A DNA stretch of 64,000 nucleotides from an uncultured virus (IMG/VR IMGVR_UViG_3300031687_001114) (Duplodnaviria; Heunggongvirae; Uroviricota; Caudoviricetes). Shown in pieces: positions 36,803 through 48,600 of this stretch (position 1 is the first letter of the stretch; each line of letters opens with the position of its first letter). The notes under the pieces were generated by a model. It ran no database searches. It worked only from the letters and a program-made list of their open reading frames with translations, and was not told the DNA's origin. The translations under genes were made by a program, and so were the position numbers. The stretch spans positions 1 to 64,000 of the IMG/VR virus record IMGVR_UViG_3300031687_001114; one strand, 5' to 3'.

Positions 36803-38968
36803 CTATCTAACACCGATAACTGCTTCTACTATGCCTTCACCGCCGTCATTTTTATCTTCTAAACTTCTTCCTACAATAGCCCTTGTGTCATACTCATCTT
36901 CCATACTTGCCCATGCAACTCCTGGAACATCACTAGAAACTAAACGTTGTCCTTTCTTAATTTTGCCAATTACTTTAACAGGTACTCTTCCTGCTAATGC
37001 TACTGGTAAACCTTCTGCTTCACTGTTCATTAAGTAAGCAGGGTTTGTTGATATAACACCAAACACATCTGTGTCTGCATGTTCTAAAGTCATTGTAATT
37101 TCAGCATCGCCACCAATTTTAACTACTGTGCCTGCCTCGTAAGTTGCGTCAGCTGAGTATATCTCCGCCATATCCGCGTACTTAGCCGAACTTGCCACAC
37201 CAGTAAATGTTGTTGCAAATACTTCTGCGTATTTGAGACTTGCTGAACCTAAGCTAACTGCATTATCTGTTGCTGGTGTAATATTATGTGTATGCGTGTC
37301 TGCCGCATCGCTTCTTAAGAAACTTGCACTACTAATACTATCTAATGTATCAGCGTCTACGTTTAAAGCATCGATTACAGACTTAGTTACTTGACTGTCT
37401 ACATACCCTTTAACTGATTGTTGAGTTGGAATAAGTGTAGCACTATTGCTAGACATATTATCTTCGTCAACGAATGCTGTTGCAGTAATTGTACCATCAG
37501 ATAATGAACCAAACTTAACAGTAGTTGAACCTGCATCAACACCTGCTGTTGCGAGTAGCTCAGATGTAAATGATTTTGCACCACCTAATGTTTGCGTACC
37601 TGTTGTTCTAATAACTGTGTTGTCTACAGCAACTGAACCAACTACTCCGCCGTTGTATGTAAAGTCTGCAATACCATCGCCGTCTGTTAGTGCATTGCTT
37701 AACGATGTATTCTGTAAGTTACCTGTACTAGCATCAAAAATAACTGTGCCATCTGTTGCTTTTAAGTCAAATCCTTTAACACCGTTAGTAGTAATATTCT
37801 GTGTAGCTGTTACTGATACATTACTTAAATGTGCTGTATCCATCGGGTTAGCTGTAGAACCAATTGTTTCAATTGTGTCTGCTCCAAATCCTATAATACT
37901 TCCCGACATGTGAATGTCGTCTACATATAATGTTTTAACAGGCTTTGATGTTGTACCAACTGAAAGTTTTGATTGACCGCCAGCATCAGTAATAGTATGT
38001 ATAACTTGATCAGCCGCTGATGAACTACCAATTGTAATCGATCCGCCTAAAAATGCATTATTAAATCGTTGTGTTGAAGTACCTAACGAAGCAGTATCTG
38101 TATTAGTTGGAATAAGATTTGTACTACCTGTGTGGTAGAAGCCTGCTGATGGAGTTATGGATCCGGAAATTAGTAATGCATTAGCCGAGGTAGCCGAAGT
38201 GGCTAAGTCCGCTAATGGTACTGATGTATCACTATATGCTCGTCTTAAATTCATACCTGGCTTAATAACTAAGCCAATACCTAAACCGCCCGAGTCATTA
38301 AATTCGCTGGATAAATCTACAGATGCACTGTCGTTATCTCTATAACTCGTTCCTAATGTAGCGTCTGTTACAGTGAACTCTACGTTATCACTAAAGATAG
38401 CCATAACAGTTTCAAGTCCTGACGGAGTACCAAAAGCGGTACCACTGTCATTAACATATACTAAGGCTATAACTGCTCTTTTAATACTGTTGTTGTCTGT
38501 TAAATATAGTGTTCTTAATCTTGTTCCAAAGTTAGGACCGCCTGACTCTGATTGCCATCTACTTGTTACAGTACCTGGGTATGAAACTTCACGCCATGCT
38601 GTACCGTCATATAATTTTTCTTTGTTGTCAACTGTATCGAAGTAAGTTGTGCCGGCGGCTAAGTCTGATGTCGGGGCCGAAGAAGCAATGAGAGGAGTTT
38701 GCCTTCTCCATGCCGTGCCATCATATACACGCATAGTGTTGTCAGATGTATTATACCAATGCTGACCTACTAATGCTGTTTTGCCTCTAGCAACTGGATT
38801 ACTAGTAGAAGCAAAGTTCTCTAGCATCCATAAAGTGTTTTGTACGAAAAATTGACCATAGCCTGATACGTTCCTGCCTACAAGTGCTACACCATACTTA
38901 GTGCTTACCTCACCTGTTGCGACGGTAATAGTACTGCCTTCGTCTGTCGTTTTTACTGAATACGTCAT
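36803..38968 (-). CDS. Tail fibre-like protein with C-terminal autoprocessing/chaperone-like domain
   Basis: N-terminal LVGRNVSGYG..QN...MLENFA, GQHWYN..., C-terminal YADMAEIY...GVISTNPAYLMN...VALAGRVPVKV (peptidase G2/IMC-like). Confidence 0.75.
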   Translation of the reverse strand: MTYSVKTTDEGSTITVATGEVSTKYGVALVGRNVSGYGQFFVQNTLWMLENFASTSNPVARGKTALVGQHWYNTSDNTMRVYDGTAWRRQTPLIASSAPTSDLAAGTTYFDTVDNKEKLYDGTAWREVSYPGTVTSRWQSESGGPNFGTRLRTLYLTDNNSIKRAVIALVYVNDSGTAFGTPSGLETVMAIFSDNVEFTVTDATLGTSYRDNDSASVDLSSEFNDSGGLGIGLVIKPGMNLRRAYSDTSVPLADLATSATSANALLISGSITPSAGFYHTGSTNLIPTNTDTASLGTSTQRFNNAFLGGSITIGSSSAADQVIHTITDAGGQSKLSVGTTSKPVKTLYVDDIHMSGSIIGFGADTIETIGSTANPMDTAHLSNVSVTATQNITTNGVKGFDLKATDGTVIFDASTGNLQNTSLSNALTDGDGIADFTYNGGVVGSVAVDNTVIRTTGTQTLGGAKSFTSELLATAGVDAGSTTVKFGSLSDGTITATAFVDEDNMSSNSATLIPTQQSVKGYVDSQVTKSVIDALNVDADTLDSISSASFLRSDAADTHTHNITPATDNAVSLGSASLKYAEVFATTFTGVASSAKYADMAEIYSADATYEAGTVVKIGGDAEITMTLEHADTDVFGVISTNPAYLMNSEAEGLPVALAGRVPVKVIGKIKKGQRLVSSDVPGVAWASMEDEYDTRAIVGRSLEDKNDGGEGIVEAVIGVR

Positions 38969-38981
38969 TTCTTAAATTCCT

Positions 38982-39602
38982 CTAATTTAATTGAACTCGA
39001 ACCGTATAAACGATTTCAATTTCTCTGTTTTTACTTTTTTGTACTGGGTGAAATATAACATGTGTCAGTAATATACTGTCGTCAATATCATCAGCATAAG
39101 ATAATAATCCTAACTCGTCGAATACATACGATCCATCTTGTGTTGTGCTGGTGTCAAATGCATCAGCATCACTTGGTTCGTTGTACCCCAATGTACAAGT
39201 AATTTTTAAGTCAGTGTAACTCGGTCCTGGGATAACTTCGATTTTATCCGTTGTCGTGTTATTACTAACTACTTTTTGGTAAGTCCTTGAGTACAATGTT
39301 CCACTGCTCTCATAACTTTCGCTAACTCTTGGAGATTTGTAAATTACTTTACCTGCTGTGTCGACACTGGTTGCTCCGTTGCCAAAGCCCATCCATTGAA
39401 CATAGTAATTACCTAATTTATCTGTAATTGCCCTAGCAATCATATTCGCCATGTTGCCATAGTGAATAGCATTACGTTTGTTTACTAGTTCTTCGCCAGT
39501 TTCTTTATCCTTAATAAGGATATGACCTGACATTTTTAGACCCATTGTATCATCCACAGGACTCTCCGCTTGTTCTTGGTTAATTATCTCTTTATCTTCC
39601 AT
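38982..39602 (-). CDS. Tail collar/baseplate-associated structural protein
   Basis: GFGNG, FDELGL, LLTHVIFHPVQKS..R.IEIVYT resemble tail-collar fibre proteins; start MEDKE is 5 nt after ATAAATA. Confidence 0.6.
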   Translation of the reverse strand: MEDKEIINQEQAESPVDDTMGLKMSGHILIKDKETGEELVNKRNAIHYGNMANMIARAITDKLGNYYVQWMGFGNGATSVDTAGKVIYKSPRVSESYESSGTLYSRTYQKVVSNNTTTDKIEVIPGPSYTDLKITCTLGYNEPSDADAFDTSTTQDGSYVFDELGLLSYADDIDDSILLTHVIFHPVQKSKNREIEIVYTVRVQLN

Positions 39603-39639
39603 GCTGTTATTTATCACTTTTCTTTAAAAATAGTTTTAA

Positions 39640-42600
39640 TTAAGTACCTTGTATGAATCCTACTATACTATTAACGTCAGTTGAGCCCGATGTATCACTT
39701 AAACTTGTAGTAACATAGGAACTATCACTGTCATCTGCTAACCAGTTCAGGTCTTGTGGATCTCTATAACCAGCCAATTTAATATTTTGTGTTTCTTCAC
39801 CGTTGTATACTTTACTGCTTACTGCAATAATTGGGTTAGCCGTTGTACCTCTAGTACCACGTATAATGCCTAGCAACTTATTACTTATTGAGTCAATGCC
39901 TGTATACTCTATTCTTTCTGAGTTAATCCATATAACACCTTTATTACTAGCGGATGCGTTTGGTAAAACATCAGCATCTGCTACTGTAATGGTAGTATCC
40001 CACTCATTAACTATTGCTGTAACTGTTGTTAATCCTGATGTCGAACTTCTATAAAAGTCTGTTCTTCCAAATAGATCCATAAACACAGTATGTCTAACTG
40101 GTTTAGAACTTGCTGTTCCTATTGCAATATTGCCATGTGAAACGTTACTTGTATAAACATTCATAACTAATGTTTCAAATGGTTGTATAACAATAAGTTC
40201 TTCTGGTCTGTCTGGTCCGTATCCTGACTTAGTAAATGTTACTGCATCAAATCCGTATACTGTTTCGTTGTTAACTCTATAGTTTACAGCGCCTTGACTA
40301 TCGGTATCAAACACACCGTGGAAGTTATTAACTGTTACATCTTTATCCCAAACTTCTTCATCCCATGCAAAGAAGTCAAAGCCTCTTGTATTAGTGTAGA
40401 ATGTAGTTGGGTGTGTGCCTGGAACAATATCCATAAACACATTAGCATCTAATATCTCGCCGTTAAAGTCTCCGCCAACTGCTGTCTTAACTAAACTTAA
40501 TGTATAGTTTAGGTTGCCATCGTTAACCATGTTAGTCATAATAGCTTTATTAGTTGTTATAGTTGTATTTGCTCCTGCGCCAGTGCCGTGTGCTGAATCC
40601 ATAGCATGTACAAATGCTGTTCTAATATGTGTATTGAACTTAAACTCTCTGTCACTTGCTCTCCAATTAACACTAGTGTTGCCCATTGCGGCTTCTGTTG
40701 TGCCTTCAATACTTATAATGTTTTTAGCAATACTTTCTTTTAATGTTTCTTTAGCAGGGTTAAAGCCGTGTACTGATTCAAAGTCAAGTACATCACCTAC
40801 TTGTATTCCACCTAATGTTGGATTGTCTGTGTATGCTTTATTAAACACAATTTTGTTATCTGCAACATTATATGTCCAGTTAGTAACTGCGCCGGCTAGT
40901 AACGTACTAGCACTAACGTTTGGTACTACTACGTCATTATGCCTAACTGTTAAACTAGAAACATCACTTGCATCAGTAATGTAAGGTATGAAGTTAAATG
41001 GTACTTCAGTTAAGTTACTGGATGCTATTACTCGCTGTGTCTTTGTTGTAAGCGAATTTTGATACAAGTCTGAATTAACTCTATCAATTATAATCTTAGT
41101 GTTTATTTTTCTTACTGGAGCATTACTACTTACAAATCCTGCGTATGCTGTATCGCTGTTAAGTATAGTTGCATCAGCTGTAATACTTGCATCTAGTATA
41201 CGAACAGATGTTGCATCCTCATCAAAGTATGGAGGTCTATCAAAGTCACTAGTTGATCCCTTCAATATTTCTACTGGAGCTTTCTTAATATCTCTATAGT
41301 TTCTAATCTTACTACTGTAAGGTTTAACTTCATTGAAGTATTCAACTGCTTTGCTAAAGTTATCAACTTTTAATCCTTTAAATTGGATTAAGTCAGTTTC
41401 TTCTTTTTGTACATTTAAGTATGTAGATTTAAACGCCCAACTCAATTCTATTTGTTCGCCTATTGCAAACTTAACCATACTAAAGAATAACTTGTTCCAG
41501 TAAAGTTTATGTGTGCCTATGAATACTTTAGTGTACAAGTGATGTAGTATTTGTCTAATCTCTTTTCCGATTTCAAGTTGTTGCTTATCAGTGTATACCT
41601 TTTTATTCCACTGTACCGTTTCGTTTTCCATAGCAATCAGTGTAAACTTGTTATCTGTTTTAGTGTATTCGAATAACTTATATTTAGAAGTAGCAGTATC
41701 TTGTACTTGTATAATACTCTTGTCTAGTAAGTTTTTTATTAACTTTAATTGCTTTTCAGTTTTAACTCGTCTAAGTGGTCTATAATCTTCGTTATAATAA
41801 ATTTTAGTATTTTTTACTTTGTTAGTTCGTAGTAACTTAAACCAGTTAGAAGTTATTAAATGAGGAGTTGAAGTTGGTAGCCCAACTCTCCAATCTGTAA
41901 ATACTGTGTCCATTTGTAGTTCTGAGAATATGTCGTTCATTGTTTCGAACATTTGCTTTCTAGCCGCTAAAATATCCTTAAACATTGTTTGTCTAGGTCT
42001 AAACTGTGAACCGTATCTCTCGCCTTCACTAAGTCCTGCAACAGGAACAATTTCGTTTATAGCATTGTATCCTGCTAAACTGTCCATAACCTTAATACTT
42101 AGGTTGTGCGGAATAGTTGCATTAGTATTGCCTTCACCTGCTAAAGTCCAGCTGGTGTGCTTCTGCGATAATCCAGATTCTTTTCTTCTAAAGTTTAAAC
42201 TTACAATAGAGTCTTCAGTTTTAATTAAATCGCCTAACTTATTAATTGTCATTGCTTCCGGAGAAACAAGTGCAAAATAAGGCATTCTGTTTCCTTCAGG
42301 ATTATCTAACAACTGTTCAAGCTCTTGTGTACTTTTGTTTCTATTGTATTTCATCATAGCATCGTTGGATACTTCACTTATGCCTCTAACCCAATAGTAG
42401 TACGAAGTTATTGTTTTGCCTCGTTTGTTTATTGCTTTCTCATCAATGTATGCACCACTGTCTATTGCTGTTCCAGGTCCTGCATATTCTATTGGTGGTA
42501 CAGTATTTCGTGTCCACTCGTAAATTACAATTTCACTTCCTGGGAATTTAGAACCCCAATCATTGTTTCGTTGCATATTATTGTAAGCAAATTGTCCGTA

Positions 42601-45600
42601 TGTTCCTTTACCTTGCTCGTACCAGTTATATCGTACTTTACTAGTATCCCACCAAGTTTGTCCTACTTGCTCTTCGCCAAACTTAGTATACGCTGGATCA
42701 TACACAATAGGATCATTCTCTACTTTGTAAGTAATGTCCTTATCTATGAATCCTGGTATAATACCTTTGAATGGATCGTATAAGTTAATATCAAATTCTT
42801 TTACAGCCGTATCAGCATCGTAAGTAATTACGTCATCTATGAATGCAATGTCTGTTAATGTTTCTTGCTTTCTTATTACTGTACCGCTTTCTAAATATGC
42901 CCAGCCGTTACCACCGTAGTTATCAATCCATACATTGGCATGGTCGGCTAATGTTAATCCTGCTTCAGTGTCATATCTCATGCTCTGTAACAATAATGGT
43001 TTAACGTCTTGCCTTGTGAGGTTCGTGTTAGTAAACACAACAGGGCTAGTGCCGTCTACTCCTCTAAGTTCGTATTCATACAAGTTTGCTATTGTACTAG
43101 CATTACCTAATCCCATTCCTAAAGTAAAGCCTTGCGTCCATGGAAGGTTACCTTGCCAACCGCCGCCACGTCCTAATAATCCTGCTGTACTGTTAGCGCC
43201 TGTTAATGCAGAACCAGTAACGTCTAATTGAGGATCAATGCCAGTGGAGTCGATGTTCTCAAAGTTTGGATAAGTTCCACACACATAGTCACCATCTGTA
43301 ATGCCTAATAACTGTAGTAGTCCTGGGTTAAGTTCATCACTTAGTCTTATACCACTAATGTTTGGTCCGCCCATAAGTAGTTCGCCGAAACTAGCAAGGT
43401 CGCCACCGGTTCCGTCACCGCCGCCACCAGGGCCGCCATTTGCTCCGGTTAATCCTCTGCTACCGTTTCTGCCGTCTCCGTTATTATCTCCATCTGGATT
43501 TAAAGGTCGTCCGTCCGGTCCGTATTGTACTTCGTCTGCTCCGAACCAAGGGTTACCATTTTCGTCTAATGGACTCCATAAAGTAATGTCATCTGCTAAT
43601 TGTCCTAATGGGGAACGCGGAAGAATCATGCCATTTGGCAGTCCTAAATCGTTGAGTGCATTACCGGCTTCGCTACAGCTAGGAATATCTCTTGCTGTTA
43701 AGAATACTCTACCGCCTGAACCTGCACCGGGCTTATTCAATGTGCCCAAAGTATCACTGTCAAGTACACCTGTTGTTTTACGTTTAATATCGTACTGTAT
43801 TGGTACGCCAGCGTCTAAGTCACTTGGGAATATTTTGTATATGCCTCTATCAATAACTTGTATATCTGTTATGCCGCCATAGCCGTCAACGCCTGTAATA
43901 ACAAACTTAGCAGGTCTCTCAACAGCTGGCTGAGGTTTAAGTCTCGCGGACACTTCCGCATCTCTACCTTGTCCTCTAACGGTAATAGTTGGAGGATTAT
44001 CTATGCTATAGCCAGAGCCTTCTAGTTTCAAGCCTACTGAAGCTATTCCGCCATTTGAATCGTAAGTGATTGCGTCATAGTCTACTAATGCTCCACCACC
44101 TGGTTCGCCACGTTGTCCAATCTTAAACGTTATAGGTGTAGCCATTCCATTTGTAAGGTAGCCACTGCCTGGGTTATTAACTGTGAATGCAAGAATGCCA
44201 CTAGTACCTTGACTTACTACAGGTGTACCACCCATAAGTCTCATTATGGCTCCGACTTCGTAACCTGTACCTGCTGTAATACAAATACTGCTTTTAACAA
44301 GAGCTTGTCTGTTTTGTTCTGCTGTTACAGTATTAGTAGTATATGATGTAACATGTGTAGCAACATCCAACGTACTTGACGTGCCGCTGACAGTATGTCT
44401 AGTTGCGCCTGCGCCAGTTGTAGTTGGTGTTAGTGTTGTTTCTTTATTAAAGCATACTTGATTATCTTGCTTAATAGAATAGTCTAACACTTCTTTATAT
44501 ATTCCGCCTGCACAACCATTTCTAATTATCATTGGATCTGATAACTTGTTTCTAATCATTAAGCACTTTTCTTTAGTTGCTGAATCTACAGTAATAAGAA
44601 CGTTAACTGATGTTGTTTGACTTAGTATCTCTTTCTTAATTGCTGTTAAGTTAGTTGAGCCACTTAGCGATATGCTATCACCGTTAATAAAGAACGAGTC
44701 ACCGGCGCCAACCATTTTAGTTTGTCCACATATTTTAACTCTAGCTTTAGGCTTACAAATTGGTACATTAACTGTTCCACTTACTGGAGCAACTGTGCCT
44801 GATGTTGAATTCTTCTGTAAAGCTGTTAATGAAAGATAGCTAGTACTTGCTGTATTGTTCTGTTTCTGATTAAGACCTACACCAGATACTAAACCAGTTC
44901 CGCCAAATATTGCTCCGCTGGTCATATTGCCGTTAACACCGAACTGAGGAACTCCTGATGGTGCTTGGTTAATAGGGTATGTTTTGTATATTGGGAGATT
45001 AATAGATCCCATTCCACCATAGCCGCCTGAGCCTCCTAGGTGTATCATGTTCTGTCCTACGTTTAATCTGCTATTAGAATAGCCACCTATAAAGTTATGC
45101 GCCATGCCTGCTATGGGTGGGTATAAAGGAAAGCCGTGTATCTGTGTTTGGTTTGCCAATGTTACCAAATTAGTATTCTGATTTCCGTTTGGAGGAGGAT
45201 TACCAACTCCAACTGATCCCTTACTTGGGTAGCCGGCTCCGTTAACATCGTCTGCTGGATGTTCCATGTAATATTTAAATGCTGTACTTGTCTTCGAATC
45301 TTTGTCTAGAGTAATAGTAATATATCTGCCTTTACTAGCATCATATGTAAATGATATTTTGCCATTTTCTTTAACAAAGCCGTTACCATGTTCTGTATAA
45401 CCTTGATTTATTAACTGACCAGGGCCAACATTATTTTGTTGCCACGGTGTCATTCCAGCTGATATTTGCCATTTAACACCTGACCATGCATGTATATCTA
45501 CTTTGTCTATAGGACTTAATGTACTTGCAACGCCTGTGCCTGCAATCTTAGATCCAGTCGATCCTGCATGAGTACTTTGGTAAACTGTTAGTCTATCTTT

Positions 45601-48600
45601 AGCACTATACATATCAAACAATATTCTAACTGGATATGTTTGAGAAGTGTCTTCCGCAAACTTGTACTTAAATGTTTCTGTTTGTCCTCTGCCCTGCGTG
45701 TTCATCTCATTTACAAATACAGATGTAACTGGTGGTACCGGAGGTTTTGGTGGTACCGGAGGAGGTGGAGGACACGGATCATCGTGCTGTGTAAGAGATA
45801 TTAACGGTGTCCAGTCAATTACAGTTGTGCCTGTAGTTGCCACACTTGCACCTGGGCCTGTCTGTCCCTTGCTAATTGTTGATGGTGGAACAATTGTTTG
45901 AATCGGTTGTGGCGGTAGTGGGTTGCCAGCTGGATCAGTAAAAGGCCACCCTTTGTTTGGTGGTGGTGTCGGTATCGGATTCGCTATCACCGGAATACTA
46001 ACGCCTGGAGCAGGTGGATTCGATGGCATCTGAGGATAACCAAGTCCTGTATGTACAAGCTGTTGCTGTAAAGTATTATATGCTACACCTCTGCCTACTG
46101 CAGAAGGTATAGGATTTTGTGTTGTTATGTTAGGAATAATATTATTTACTAGAGGTGTTCCACTCACAAATGGAAGCACTGGTAAAGAATGACCTATACT
46201 TGAATTTGGTTTACCGGCACCGCCCATGCCTGCGCCGCCTTGTTGGAAATAAGGTGTGCCGCCCTTCGCCGCTGAACCGCCCCTCATCAGTTTATTTACT
46301 TGGTTCATTATTCCAGTAATTCCTGTTAAGGACATATACATGGAATCACATTGTACTAATGCTCCCGACTTAATAGCCATCTGTCTATTAATCTCATCTG
46401 CATATTCTTGTGAGGTATGCATTGGGAACGCTGTTGCAACTTTGGCTCCATTAACCATAATATCGCCATCATGTTTTGATATTAAGTATGCTTCTGAATC
46501 TGCGCCACCTGTTGTTGGCAATGTATCTGTGCCGTGTACTTTATATTCTTTTTCTGAAACATATCTAATTCCGCCTGTTGCGTACGGATGGTCAAACCCA
46601 AATCCTTCTAAACGTATAACAGTAGAGCTAGGTACAGATTCAACTTTCCATGCCCAGTTATAATAGTTCGGTTCCATGTCAACAATGTTTATAACTTTGT
46701 TTACAATTGTGTCTGTTCCATCTGTGTCTAAAGTATGTGCTTCTTTTAAAGTAACTTCTACCTGGTCTGTCATCATAGTTGCATTGCCAAATGCATTATC
46801 CTGGAATGTAAGACTTGCTGTGCCTGTCGCTGTTGCATTTTGAGATAGTACCACTCCTGTTACTGTAACTTCTGCAACTGTTGTGCCTCCAGTAATGCCT
46901 GCGCCACTTACTAGCATACCGGATGTTACTACTGCATTCGGTGAAGCGATAGTTGCCGTTGTACTGCCACTAGTTGTACCTACTGAAACTACAACACTTG
47001 TAGGCTCTACAAAATCTCCGTACACACTAATTGTAGTTGCTGATTTCCCAACAACTCTGTATACACCTGAATAGTAACCTGCGTTGTTAATTTTAACAAC
47101 TCCTAAGTTTGCAACTGTTGAAGTGTTCATGTCTGTTGTAAATACTAAACCGTTATTAACTGCTAAACTTAATGCACTTGAACTAACATTTGAACTAAAA
47201 GTACTTTCAGTAACTGTGAATGTTGTTATAATAGAATTTGCTGTACTGTAATTATTTGTTCTCTTAGAGAACTGTATAGTCGCACCGTTTGACATTGTAA
47301 CTGCTGTGTCTACTACCATTGTAACTGCATCAGTTATAGCAGTAACTTTAGTGTTAGCTGGTATCCCAGAGCCACTTACAACATGTCCAACTTGAATAGT
47401 GTTATCGCCTGCTGTAATGATTATAGTAGTTGCACTAGATAATGCACCATTAATTGTTGTGGAATAAATTCCTGTATCAGTTGTATCAACTAATGTTGTT
47501 GCCATTGTAGACGGACTTACTGTAACATTACTTGCTTTATAAGTATTACCGTTTAAGGCACCTGTACTTGAATCTGTGAACGTTATATACGAGCCTTCTT
47601 CAAAGTCGTTCATTGAAGTAGTGCCTGTATAAGTTAAGTTAACTGTGTTGCTAGTACCAACGTTGGCATCTAGAGCAAACGTTTCTGAAGTATTAATATA
47701 ATAGTTTACTGCTGAAACATTACCACTTACTGTTGGCTCAATTTTTTCTATTAACAATCTTAACGGCTCTTTATATCCAATGCCTGAAATTGTTACAGAA
47801 TTTTTAACAACTTGATCTTCATTTAAGAAGTATCCAACCGGAGTATTAACTTCCATAATAGTGTTATCAAACATCTTGTCACCATCAGCAAGTTCGATAT
47901 TTGCATAATAACTATCTAGTGCAATGCCTTCACGTTTTAATGCTATAACATTATCGTAATAGTTTGTAATGTTTGCTTCGTCTGTTAAGTAGTTTGAGTT
48001 AGCATAAGCATCTAAACTTATGTCAGTGTACAACATTGTTGTACCTAAATTATCGTTGAATTTAATATAAGCAACATTACTAGTAGCATCAAATCCTGTG
48101 GGTTGAACTAACTTGTATGCATTAAAGTCTGAATGCTCACTAACAGCAAAATGTACTACATCATTTTCTTGAGGTATCTTATTAGCTGGACGAGAATCAA
48201 TATCAAATAATCCTGTAAAATCATTTAAGTTCATTGCTTGGTATGCCACGTTGTACGAGGATATGTAACCTGCGTTTGGTAGTGGGGTATACTTGCTGTC
48301 AGTAATACCTGTGAAGTCAACATTTTTAGTAGTGGGCCACAAGTCTTTAGTTTTCATATCTGTTGGTCTATGAATAAATCTTGTGCTATCATCTACGTCA
48401 ATTAATATAGTCGAGTCCGATAAGTCGTCTGGTGTTATTTCTAATGTTCGTTGTTGTTTTAGTCTTGCCGCTAATGCATCCTCGGCTTTAACTTTAATAT
48501 TTAATGTGCTACCAGGTAAGTCACCTTGATATGCTTCTGCAAAATCTACTGTTGCTCTTTCAATAATTGTGATAGGAGTATTTTCGTTTAACTCTCCACC

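Noticed and set aside
45729..45761. Direct repeat ggtggtaccggagg as a regulatory or mobile repeat
   Set aside because: It simply encodes the repeated PPVPP peptide within the giant ORF
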